25,904 bases of DNA from Candidatus Thorarchaeota archaeon SMTZ1-45. GTDB taxonomy: Archaea > Asgardarchaeota > Thorarchaeia > Thorarchaeales > Thorarchaeaceae. The stretch covers positions 1 through 25,904 of the forward strand of contig LRSL01000073.1 in assembly GCA_001563335.1 (NCBI GenBank), given 5' to 3'. Both the position numbers and the translations under genes were made by a program. A model generated the notes under the pieces. The model did no database searches. It was not told the origin of the DNA and saw only the letters and a program-made list of their open reading frames with translations. Shown piece after piece: positions 17,138 through 25,573 of this stretch (its first letter is position 1; each line of letters starts with the position of its first letter).

Positions 17138-17950
17138 ATGAAGACCCTTTCAAGAAAACCATTCTTGCTTATGTTAAAAGATGAGTCTGGAGAAGTTAAC
17201 GCAGTCAAGCTAGATCCTGACTTGGTCAATAGTGATAATGCAATCATCGTATTGGATGAAGTCAATGACGCATGTTGGGCATGGGTTGGTCGTAATGTAA
17301 GTATGCCAACACGAATGCATGCACTAAGAATTGCCAGAGGGTTGCAGAAGTCTGGATACCAAGTAGGAATAACCACTATTGGTCTAGCGGCTTCTAGATT
17401 TGTTGAAATGATGGAAAAAGATGACTCGAATCAAGAAGTTGCAGACAACATTGTAGAGTTTCGAAGCGTCTTAGAGGGCAGGTGGTCTTTTGATGATGGT
17501 GTGCTTGCCTATAAGGGAGAACCAAAGACCACTGAACCGATTGCTGGAGCTCCTAAGAAGAAGATATTGCCAGAGCCAGAACCTACTAGACCAACGCTGA
17601 AACCAACTCCAGAACCTATCGTAGAAGTACCTAAACCCAAGCCAGAGCCAACACCAACAGTTATCGCAGAAACAGTTGAAGATGCTCCTCCACCAGCACC
17701 TTCAGTGTCTCTTGCAGAAAAGAAGATGGCATATCTAATGCTCTCTGTAACACGGAATTCCGATCTTGTCTATACTGAACGCTTTGAGCGTGGTGGCAAG
17801 TCTGGTCTCAAGATTGAATCTCCAGGAGTTATGGTACTCGAGGCAGTACTCGATGGTAACGAGCTAACAATCACGCCTGGAGACTTTGGAGACTCAGATA
17901 TAGCTCGAAAGATAAAATCTGAATACGAGGGTTTAGCTAGTAAATTGTGA
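17138..17950 (+). CDS. Single gelsolin-domain protein with a proline-rich linker and an unassigned C-terminal alpha/beta domain
   Basis: LVNSDNAIIVLDEVNDACWAWVGRNVSMPTRMHALRIARGL matches the gelsolin consensus LxSxDxFILD...hWxGxxSxxxERxxAxxxA. GGAGG at 17121-17125 precedes ATG 17138. Confidence 0.78.
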   Translation: MKTLSRKPFLLMLKDESGEVNAVKLDPDLVNSDNAIIVLDEVNDACWAWVGRNVSMPTRMHALRIARGLQKSGYQVGITTIGLAASRFVEMMEKDDSNQEVADNIVEFRSVLEGRWSFDDGVLAYKGEPKTTEPIAGAPKKKILPEPEPTRPTLKPTPEPIVEVPKPKPEPTPTVIAETVEDAPPPAPSVSLAEKKMAYLMLSVTRNSDLVYTERFERGGKSGLKIESPGVMVLEAVLDGNELTITPGDFGDSDIARKIKSEYEGLASKL

Positions 17951-17965
17951 TAGTTCACACCAATG

Positions 17966-17995
17966 AAACAGGAGGATGAATTTGTCCTCCTGTTT
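17966..17995. terminator. Hairpin between convergent gelsolin-like and GNAT genes (possible bidirectional terminator)
   Basis: AAACAGGAGGA-TGAATTTG-TCCTCCTGTTT, a perfect 11-bp stem. Confidence 0.65.
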
Positions 17996-17999
17996 GTTT

Positions 18000-18758
18000 C
18001 TATACTTCATCCAATTTACGGTACCAATATGTGTATAGATGTTGGAAACCTAGTTTATCATAGAGCTTCAGAGCAGGAAGGTTTTCAGATTCCACTTGGA
18101 GATATGCAGAACGAGCTCCTCTTTGATGCCCCCAGTTTGCTAGAGCTGTATTTACTGAGAGTGCAACTCCACGTCCACGGAAAGACGGATGACTGGCAAT
18201 ATTAAACAGACCCAACCATTTGCCCTCGACTACACCAAAACCAACACCCGCCAGTTCTCGATCAATCTTCGCGAGTGCAAAGGCTTTTGGTAATGTAGTA
18301 CGCTTCATCAAGTTCTTTCTAGTTTCCATTGTTGATGAATCGTATCCAGAAGCTTCGGTATAGACAGACATCCAGCCATCTGAAACATCATTGGAAACCA
18401 TAACATCAATCGGTGTTTCCTTCTGTATGAGATGGTTGATTGCAGCAGTGTGAACTTCTACTTGCAGTCCTACTATGAACCCGCGCTCGGAGAGATCCCT
18501 GTCAAGTTCAATAGGCTTACTGGTTTCAGTCATTTGAAATCGCGGTTTGAAACCTCTGTCTTTATAGAAGGAAATCGCCTTTTCAATTGAATCTTCAAGG
18601 GGCGGGGGTGGAGGTCCAATAGGAAGAACACTGTTAGCACGACGGGTTATGCCACCATTTGCCCGCAGTAGCCATCCACCAAGGCGCTCAGTTTCTTCTG
18701 CCACCCAAGCATTGGAGGCAACTTGTTCTAGTTCAATGATTTGTGATTGGTCTATCAA
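18000..18758 (-). CDS. GNAT family N-acetyltransferase
   Basis: GWLLRANGGITRRANSV N-terminal motif, acetyl-CoA motif FRGRGVA and AYLQVESENLPALKLYDKLGF. Confidence 0.93.
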   Translation of the reverse strand: MIDQSQIIELEQVASNAWVAEETERLGGWLLRANGGITRRANSVLPIGPPPPPLEDSIEKAISFYKDRGFKPRFQMTETSKPIELDRDLSERGFIVGLQVEVHTAAINHLIQKETPIDVMVSNDVSDGWMSVYTEASGYDSSTMETRKNLMKRTTLPKAFALAKIDRELAGVGFGVVEGKWLGLFNIASHPSFRGRGVALSVNTALANWGHQRGARSAYLQVESENLPALKLYDKLGFQHLYTYWYRKLDEV

Positions 18759-18881
18759 GACACAATGCCCCCTAATGTTTGCAAATCATTGTCTTGTATA
18801 TCACATAACCCCCAAATAATTCAAACGATTCATATTGAGCAAATGTTTTGAGATGATGTTCAACACACAAGGCGATGTCAA

Positions 18882-21821
18882 GTGACCGATGATGCGTATG
18901 ATGCAATATTAATCAGTGAAACTCATTGGGATAGAGCGTGGTATCAGACGTTTCAACAGTTCAGACTGCGTTTGGTGAAACTGGTTGATAATCTTATGAA
19001 CATAATTGAAACCGACCCAAGATTCACTCATTTCACCTTTGACGGTCAGACAGTAGTTCTAGAGGACTATCTTGAAATCAAACCTGAAGAACGGGAACGT
19101 CTTACGCAACACATACAGGATGGTCGAATTCTAATTGGTCCTTGGTATGTCTTGCCAGATGTCTTTCTAGTTTCTGGTGAGGCGCTTATCAGGAACCTTT
19201 TGATAGGGAAATCTGTGGCAGAGGAATTTGGACCTATTATGAATGTAGGCTATATTCCAGATCCATTTGGCCATGTCAGTCAGCTTCCTCAAATACTAAC
19301 TCAATTCCGATGTGATTCAGTGATTTTTGCAAGAGGAGGAGGAGACCAGATAAATCAACTTGGATCAGAGTTTATCTGGGAGGCTGGAGGAGGAAGTGAA
19401 GTTCTTGCTCATTGGCTTCCCTTGTCGTATGGAAACGCAGCAAAACTCCCAATAGAAGTAGATGACGCCGTATCTATGTTAGAGGATGTTGTTCACAAAC
19501 TTCGACCTTGGTCAAGGGTAGGAACTGTGTTGCTAATGAATGGATCAGACCATGATGAGCCGCAGGCACATGTTCCAGAAGTGATTGATGTTTACAACTC
19601 AAAGAATGAAGGGACCATCAAGATGGGAACATTGCCACAGTTCATCGATAATATCAGAGAGAAACGGCATGAATTAAAACGCTACAAGGGTGAATTTAGA
19701 GGGTCAAAGTTCCAGAATTTGTTGAGTGGCGTATATTCAACACGAGTCTATCTGAAGCAAATGAACGAGTACTTACAGAGATTCTTAGAACGGTATGTAG
19801 AGCCATTCTCAGTAGTTGCTCTGTTAAATGGCACCGAATACCCACTCCATCAGCTAAGAATGGCATGGAAATATCTTCTAAGAAATCACCCTCATGATGA
19901 TATTTGTGGCTGTAGTATTGATGCGGTTCATGAGGACATGGTCCATAGATTCAGATGGGTGAATGAAATCACTGAACCAATATTGGAAAAGGCGTTGGAT
20001 GAAATCAAACAGAGAATTGTTTCTGAGAAACCTGGTATTCTTGTAGTAAATCCATCTCCACACTTAAGGTCAAATGTCGCCATTGTAGAGTTCCCACTAT
20101 CAGATGTTCAGTTTAGCAGACTAGCAGAGATTGAATTAGGAGTTCTAGGATTCAATCCATCTACTCCTCTTGAAGCTGCGAAAAATGAGGTTCACATAGA
20201 TTTTGTCAGGAAACATGGATTCGACCCTCAACCAGCCAATGTGCGAGAAATAACAACATCGCATGGGAAATTGACAGAGTATGAGTTTGACTTCTCTGCC
20301 TTAGCAATGTTGTTCCCGCAGATGAGAAGAGAACTAGGACACATGTCAACCGCCTATAGAATTCGTGTGAACTCTGATAACAAGATAGTAGAAGTTTGGG
20401 CACGAAAGCACTATGCAGATGATATCATGAAAGGATTTCATTCTCTAACCAATGAAATGGGGCAAATAGTCCCTGTACAGGTACTTGACGTGAGCTCAAA
20501 AAGAGACCCATTATCTAGACTTGCACCGGATAGAGAGAACTTTCTGACATTAGCATTCACAGCTGATGACATAGGCGGATTGGGTTTCAAGAGATATGAC
20601 TTGAACATCACTGAAAATGCTCCAGATAATCCGGTAGCAGGGGTAGTGAAATGTAATGAAACTAGTCTAGAGAATAATCTAATCAAAGTTGAGATGGCTC
20701 AGAACGGAACAATATCAATGACTGACAAGGAGTCTGGGGAAGAATATAGAGGCTTGATTGAGTTTGAGGACTCTGAAGATATTGGAGATTCTTACGACTA
20801 TTGCCCGGCTCTAAATCATCAGAGTATCAGATATGCTAACATTTCAGTATCGATTGAAACGGGGCATGTAGGTCCTCTTGTTGGTTCACTCATAGCAACA
20901 GGAGAATTAGAAATCCCTCAGGCTGCTTCGAAGGACTATCTAGGGAGGACTGATGAAACTGTTACATGCCAGTTCACAACAGAGGTTTCATTGTTTGTGG
21001 ACAGTCCAACGGTTCATGTCAGTATCGAGTTTGAGAACCTTGCAGAGGATCATAGACTACGGGTGTTGTTTCCAACTGGAACAAAAGCCGCCACCTGCGT
21101 AGCAGATTCAGCATTTGATATGATTGAGAGACCTATTAGACCAAGAGAGGGAAAGGACTGGTTCCAACCTGTTGCACCCACTTATCCGATGAGGAGCTTT
21201 GTTAGTCTTTCATCGAAGAAACGTGCGTTAGCCATAGCTACAAAGGGTTTCATAGAGTTCGAGGTACTAGAGGAAGCAGGTGGAACTATTGCAGTGACTC
21301 TTCTACGGTCAGTTGGTTGGTTATCCAAGACCAACCTAACGACAAGAAATGGAGGAGCCGGACCTTACCTAGAAACCCCTGGAGCTCAATGCTTAGGTAC
21401 ACAGATGTTTGAACTCTCCATCACACCTCATGTTGGTAACTGGAGAAAAGCTGGAGTCCATAGACATGTGGAGGAATACCTCAATCCTCTTGTAGCTCGA
21501 TTTACTCCTCCAAGTGAGTCAGCGAGTAGCAATTACGAGAAAGATTGGGTCAATATTGAACAAGACAATATAATACTGTCAGCTTTCAAACAGTCTGAGA
21601 ATGGAAAATACCTTGTCCTAAGATTCTGGAATATTCTTGAGGAAGAAACGGATTGCACCATTGACCTTGGCTTTGATGTTGCTGAGGCTATTGGGGCAAG
21701 AGCTGATGAAACACCTAGTCCAAAATACGAGCATCAACTTATCGATGACCATATACTGAAGATGAAGCTTGGTCCAAAAGAGATACGAACTGTGCTTTTT
21801 GCAGTGACGGAGGAGGAGTGA
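18882..21821 (+). CDS. Glycoside hydrolase family 38 (alpha-mannosidase / mannosylglycerate hydrolase-like)
   Basis: THWDRAW (Zn ligands), DGQTVVLEDY, GPWY, nucleophile region PDPFGH, NGSDH, HPHDDICGCS and TLLRSVGWLS; no signal peptide. Confidence 0.95.
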   Translation: MTDDAYDAILISETHWDRAWYQTFQQFRLRLVKLVDNLMNIIETDPRFTHFTFDGQTVVLEDYLEIKPEERERLTQHIQDGRILIGPWYVLPDVFLVSGEALIRNLLIGKSVAEEFGPIMNVGYIPDPFGHVSQLPQILTQFRCDSVIFARGGGDQINQLGSEFIWEAGGGSEVLAHWLPLSYGNAAKLPIEVDDAVSMLEDVVHKLRPWSRVGTVLLMNGSDHDEPQAHVPEVIDVYNSKNEGTIKMGTLPQFIDNIREKRHELKRYKGEFRGSKFQNLLSGVYSTRVYLKQMNEYLQRFLERYVEPFSVVALLNGTEYPLHQLRMAWKYLLRNHPHDDICGCSIDAVHEDMVHRFRWVNEITEPILEKALDEIKQRIVSEKPGILVVNPSPHLRSNVAIVEFPLSDVQFSRLAEIELGVLGFNPSTPLEAAKNEVHIDFVRKHGFDPQPANVREITTSHGKLTEYEFDFSALAMLFPQMRRELGHMSTAYRIRVNSDNKIVEVWARKHYADDIMKGFHSLTNEMGQIVPVQVLDVSSKRDPLSRLAPDRENFLTLAFTADDIGGLGFKRYDLNITENAPDNPVAGVVKCNETSLENNLIKVEMAQNGTISMTDKESGEEYRGLIEFEDSEDIGDSYDYCPALNHQSIRYANISVSIETGHVGPLVGSLIATGELEIPQAASKDYLGRTDETVTCQFTTEVSLFVDSPTVHVSIEFENLAEDHRLRVLFPTGTKAATCVADSAFDMIERPIRPREGKDWFQPVAPTYPMRSFVSLSSKKRALAIATKGFIEFEVLEEAGGTIAVTLLRSVGWLSKTNLTTRNGGAGPYLETPGAQCLGTQMFELSITPHVGNWRKAGVHRHVEEYLNPLVARFTPPSESASSNYEKDWVNIEQDNIILSAFKQSENGKYLVLRFWNILEEETDCTIDLGFDVAEAIGARADETPSPKYEHQLIDDHILKMKLGPKEIRTVLFAVTEEE

Positions 21822-21830
21822 AGAGGTGGT

Positions 21831-22538
21831 ATGAGTCACTCTTCTCATATATATGAACTTGCAAAGAAGTACGCACCAATCATGCACTTTCATCCAAAGG
21901 AGGGAGAGTTCTGTTGCTTTCCTTCTGATGCAGAGGAAACCTATGCAATGTTTCATGAAAGCTGGGAGTTATTTGTTGAAGACAGAAGTCCCAAGGAATT
22001 GCACCCCTCTACTCCTTGCTATTACGAGTTTTGGGAGAATCAAGGACTCACTCAAATTCGGTATTGGTTTTGGTATCGATACAATGACTTTCCAGGTGCA
22101 CCTTTGAGTCTTGGAAAGCATGTAGGAGATTGGGAGAATGTGGAGGTCAGGCTTTATGGATCAACAAAACCTGAAGATGCAATATGGGTCCTCTCAAATC
22201 ACCATGAGGCTCGACTTGCCTCACTCTCAAAGACTCTCAAAGGTTTTGTCCGTGAGGATTCAATTCTGGACAACAAGCAAATCAATGTCTGGTCTGCATT
22301 AGGCACTCATGCAAACTATCCATCTCCATTGAGCAAGCCTCGATGTTATGCTCGATTTTTCTGCGACAAGATAGCAGATGGGGGGCCTTTTTGGAACACT
22401 CAAAAGAACCTCAAGCAATTGGATCAGACTAATTTTAGCACATTTGAAGGAAGATGGGGTGACAAGAAAGCACCAAGAGGACCTGCCAACGAGTATAACA
22501 ATCGTTGGCGGAATGCTCCAAACTTACAGCCAATCTAG
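21831..22538 (+). CDS. Vps62/NPP1-related protein
   Basis: YAPIMHFHPKE, IRYWFWYRYN, HVGDWE, SALGTHANY and FEGRWG...PRGP; 9 nt downstream of GH38 with a GAGGTG RBS. Confidence 0.75.
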   Translation: MSHSSHIYELAKKYAPIMHFHPKEGEFCCFPSDAEETYAMFHESWELFVEDRSPKELHPSTPCYYEFWENQGLTQIRYWFWYRYNDFPGAPLSLGKHVGDWENVEVRLYGSTKPEDAIWVLSNHHEARLASLSKTLKGFVREDSILDNKQINVWSALGTHANYPSPLSKPRCYARFFCDKIADGGPFWNTQKNLKQLDQTNFSTFEGRWGDKKAPRGPANEYNNRWRNAPNLQPI

Positions 22539-23056
22539 TCGTCTTGGGCTCCAGACATTGTCCAAGGGGTTCTTCGAGGTAACCATCTGGGCACATTTTC
22601 AAAGTATGTTGCATATTCCTTTCCAAAACGTTTCAGAAGACCAGGTTCTTCAGACTTTATGAAGTAGATATGGTTCCCCAGGAAGAAGAATAAGAACCAA
22701 AGAAATATGGCTGTGTTTGAGAACAGAATTGACTCGCCAAGTAGGCCAAGGAGTACTCCTGTTATCATTGGATTTCGCATGTATCTGTATACACCAACTA
22801 TAACCAGCTTCTGAGTTGGTGCCCAAGGAGCAAGAGTTCCCTTTCCTATTGTAGAAAACATTCGCACACAGACTGCCAATAGTAATAAACCTGCGAAGAG
22901 TATCAAGAAACCAATCATTAAAGCCAACAGATCAATAGGCCACAAAATGGACCATCCAATAGTTGTGTCCATTGAAAGCCACATCAAGAACCAAGGCGCA
23001 ATAATCAGAACAATTAGTGGGAGCAGAAATGAAATTGCGTGTTGTTTCTTACTCAT
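22535..23056 (-). CDS. Isoprenylcysteine carboxyl methyltransferase (ICMT/PEMT) family membrane protein
   Basis: GKGTLAPW, LVIVGVYRYMRNPM and EEPGLLKRFGKEYATY...VPRWLP. Start is ATG 23056 or 23089. Confidence 0.92.
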   Translation of the reverse strand: MSKKQHAISFLLPLIVLIIAPWFLMWLSMDTTIGWSILWPIDLLALMIGFLILFAGLLLLAVCVRMFSTIGKGTLAPWAPTQKLVIVGVYRYMRNPMITGVLLGLLGESILFSNTAIFLWFLFFFLGNHIYFIKSEEPGLLKRFGKEYATYFENVPRWLPRRTPWTMSGAQDD

Positions 23057-23072
23057 TACGAGTGCCTTCTTC

Positions 23073-24668
23073 TCACTCAATGGCGGCATAGCCTTTCCGC
23101 ATGATAGTATCTACTATCTCCTTCGATTTTTCAGGATAGTCAATATTATAGTGCGCACCTCTGCTCTCTCTCCGCATTCGAGCCATTCTGATAATGAGTT
23201 CAGCCACTAGCGAGATATTACGGAGTTCAACGAGGTCTGGTGTAATCTTGAAATCCCAATAAAATTGGTTAATCTCTTTCTGGATGAATTCAATCCGATT
23301 TCGGGCACGGATGAGTCGTTTATTTGACCGAGCGATTCCTACATAATTAATCATCATCCTACGAATCTCTTCCCAGAGATGTGAAATCACCACGAGTTCG
23401 TCAGGATCAGTTGCCTCACCGGGATCCCAAGGAGGAATTTCCATTGGTGATATCTTCGTTTTTACTTCCTCTGATGCTGCGACTGATGCATTGTGTGCGA
23501 GAACAGCAGCTTCAAGAAGTGAATTAGATGCGAGCCTGTTTGCACCATGAAAACCAGTACATGCAGTTTCACCAATAGCATAGAGTCCTAAAACATCTGT
23601 TCTCCCATTGATATCAGCCTTTACACCACCCATGAAATAGTGAGCCGCAGGTACAACAGGGATGGGAGACTTTGTAATATCAATACCAGCCTCAAGACAG
23701 GTTTCATAGATGTGTGGAAATCGATCCTTGATATATTTAGGATCTTTGAAGGAGATATCAAGCCAAACATGGTCAGCTCCAGTCTTTTTCAGTTCTGTAT
23801 CAATGGCTCGAGCCACAACGTCACGAGGAGCAAGCTCAGCATCCTCATGATAGTTGTTCATGAACCTCTTTCCATCAGGACCCAGCAATTGTGCCCCCTC
23901 GCCACGTAATGCTTCAGATATTAGAAATGAACGAATCTTGTGGTGATAAAGAAGAGTAGGATGGAATTGGACCATCTCAAGATTCATCACCGTGGCTCCA
24001 GCTCGGAATGCCATTGCTATACCATCACCCGTGGCAACATCTGGATTACTTGTATAGAGGAAAACCCTCCCAGCTCCACCGGTAGCTAAAATGACGGTCT
24101 TAGCAACAAAACGTTCAACCTCGTTTGTATTGAGGTCAAGAATGTATGCACCATACACACGATTGTTCCGCGCAAACAGATTCACAGCCATATGGTTCTC
24201 ATAGATTGTAATATTATCATGACCCTCAAGTTGCTTGGCAAGTGCAAGTTCGATGTCCTCTCCTGTATGGTCTTTCACATGTAGGACCCGACGTTTGCTA
24301 TGTCCACCTTCAAGTCCAAGCTCATAATCACCTGTGGACTCCTCACCACAAAAATCAACACCAAGATCAACAAGCTCTCGAATCCTCTCAGGACCTGCTT
24401 TCACAATCTGTTCCACCACATCACGATGACAGAGACCATCGCCTACCCGTATAGTGTCTTCAACATGTAGCTCAATCGAATCTTCTGCAGACACAACAGC
24501 AGCTATTCCACCCTGAGCTCTTATTGTTGCAGACTCTGTGAGGCGGTCTTTGGTCACAATATTGACAGTTCCATATTGTGAGGCTTTTAGAGAAAACAAC
24601 TGGCCAGATAGTCCACTCCCAATCACCAGAAAATCAGATGAATAGACCTTGTCAGTGGAGTTTGTCAT
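23073..24668 (-). CDS. nadB: L-aspartate oxidase
   Basis: GSGLSG FAD motif, AQGGIAA, EGGHSKRRVLH, QFHPT, LISEALRGEG, ELAPRDVVAR, HGANRLASNSLLE and ESRGAHY. Confidence 0.96.
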   Translation of the reverse strand: MTNSTDKVYSSDFLVIGSGLSGQLFSLKASQYGTVNIVTKDRLTESATIRAQGGIAAVVSAEDSIELHVEDTIRVGDGLCHRDVVEQIVKAGPERIRELVDLGVDFCGEESTGDYELGLEGGHSKRRVLHVKDHTGEDIELALAKQLEGHDNITIYENHMAVNLFARNNRVYGAYILDLNTNEVERFVAKTVILATGGAGRVFLYTSNPDVATGDGIAMAFRAGATVMNLEMVQFHPTLLYHHKIRSFLISEALRGEGAQLLGPDGKRFMNNYHEDAELAPRDVVARAIDTELKKTGADHVWLDISFKDPKYIKDRFPHIYETCLEAGIDITKSPIPVVPAAHYFMGGVKADINGRTDVLGLYAIGETACTGFHGANRLASNSLLEAAVLAHNASVAASEEVKTKISPMEIPPWDPGEATDPDELVVISHLWEEIRRMMINYVGIARSNKRLIRARNRIEFIQKEINQFYWDFKITPDLVELRNISLVAELIIRMARMRRESRGAHYNIDYPEKSKEIVDTIMRKGYAAIE

Positions 24669-24780
24669 CGTGATGTCTCCTCTTTTCGTTCGTCATATTT
24701 GACACATAAGGCTTCGTGAATGTCGTAGGAAGACATTAACACAAGAATTGCTATTAATTATGTGACGGGACTGATGCATA

Positions 24781-25494
24781 ATGACAAACTGTGCGGAATG
24801 TATACGATACGGATACTCCCGGACCAATCAAGTGGTTTATCCATGCGCACTGTGTGGGGAACTCAGATGTGAGGATCATACAATTTGGGTTCCTGCGCAT
24901 GAGATTGATCGACCTTTTGACGAAAACCAAGCACTCTTGAAATTAATCGGAAAAGATGCAAAACAAGGAGGATGGTATTGTTTCTGTGGAAGACCTTCAC
25001 ATATTCCGAGAGGACTTCCGTACCGAGTTGGTTCTGGCAAAGAGGGAGGGAGGTTAGTCACACCAATACTTGAACACGAAAAAAAGCCCGGACTAGATAT
25101 GTTTAGGATGTGGGAAACAGGAATTATTGAGGAAGGCTTCGAAAAAACATGGGATATGAAGAATTATGCCCTATCATGTTCTGTTGCAACCATCATGGTC
25201 TTAATCGCCAATCTTTCTGCAACACAGGGATCCGGCCCGAAGTTTCTCGACACCATCTACAGCACTGCTATCAGTGCATTCGGAGAGAAGAAAGACATTT
25301 TTTTCGTGCCTTCAAAGAAAATGTTTGAAACTACAGTTGGTAAACAACCAGATGTTAAATCACTTCTGGAATTTGTTTGCTCGAGGTGTGTTGTAATTCC
25401 ATGTCTGAATAGACAAGCTCCTTTCTACGACCAGAATTTATTCAAAAGGCTTGTTAGAACACCAGAGGAACTCATCAAAGAGCCAGAGGTTTAG
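24781..25494 (+). CDS. Cys/His-rich zinc-finger protein (AN1/B-box-like N-terminus)
   Basis: CAEC-x14-CALC-x4-CEDH, then FCGRPSH, and a C-terminal CSRCVVIPC. Confidence 0.7.
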   Translation: MTNCAECIRYGYSRTNQVVYPCALCGELRCEDHTIWVPAHEIDRPFDENQALLKLIGKDAKQGGWYCFCGRPSHIPRGLPYRVGSGKEGGRLVTPILEHEKKPGLDMFRMWETGIIEEGFEKTWDMKNYALSCSVATIMVLIANLSATQGSGPKFLDTIYSTAISAFGEKKDIFFVPSKKMFETTVGKQPDVKSLLEFVCSRCVVIPCLNRQAPFYDQNLFKRLVRTPEELIKEPEV

Positions 25495-25515
25495 CTTACA
25501 TTTAACAATCTCAGA

Positions 25516-25543
25516 TATGGTTAAAAATTATGGTTAAAAATTA
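25516..25543. repeat. Perfect 13-bp tandem duplication TATGGTTAAAAAT x2 in the promoter region
   Basis: Copies at 25516-25528 and 25529-25541, plus TA. Confidence 0.85.
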
Positions 25544-25573
25544 CATAATCAGGTTGAAAAGGAGCATGCTTGC

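Noticed and set aside
16508-17703. Low-complexity CCA/ACA-rich tracts as possible DNA repeats or a CRISPR array
   Set aside because: They encode Pro/Thr linkers in the surface protein and gelsolin-like genes, with no repeat-spacer periodicity.
17948-18000. Eukaryote-like SECIS (AUGA + 11-bp helix + AA) after the gelsolin-like gene ending TGA TAG
   Set aside because: The 3' side reads GT rather than GA, so there is no tandem G.A core; it is very close to the UGA and there is no redox motif. A terminator is the simpler explanation.
20100-20438. Intein in GH38
   Set aside because: No terminal His-Asn followed by Cys/Ser/Thr and no block B TxxH in an intein-like context.
1518-25061. Remaining short ORF-track entries nested in or antisense to assigned genes
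   Set aside because: They overlap well-supported CDSs and lack independent coding signals.
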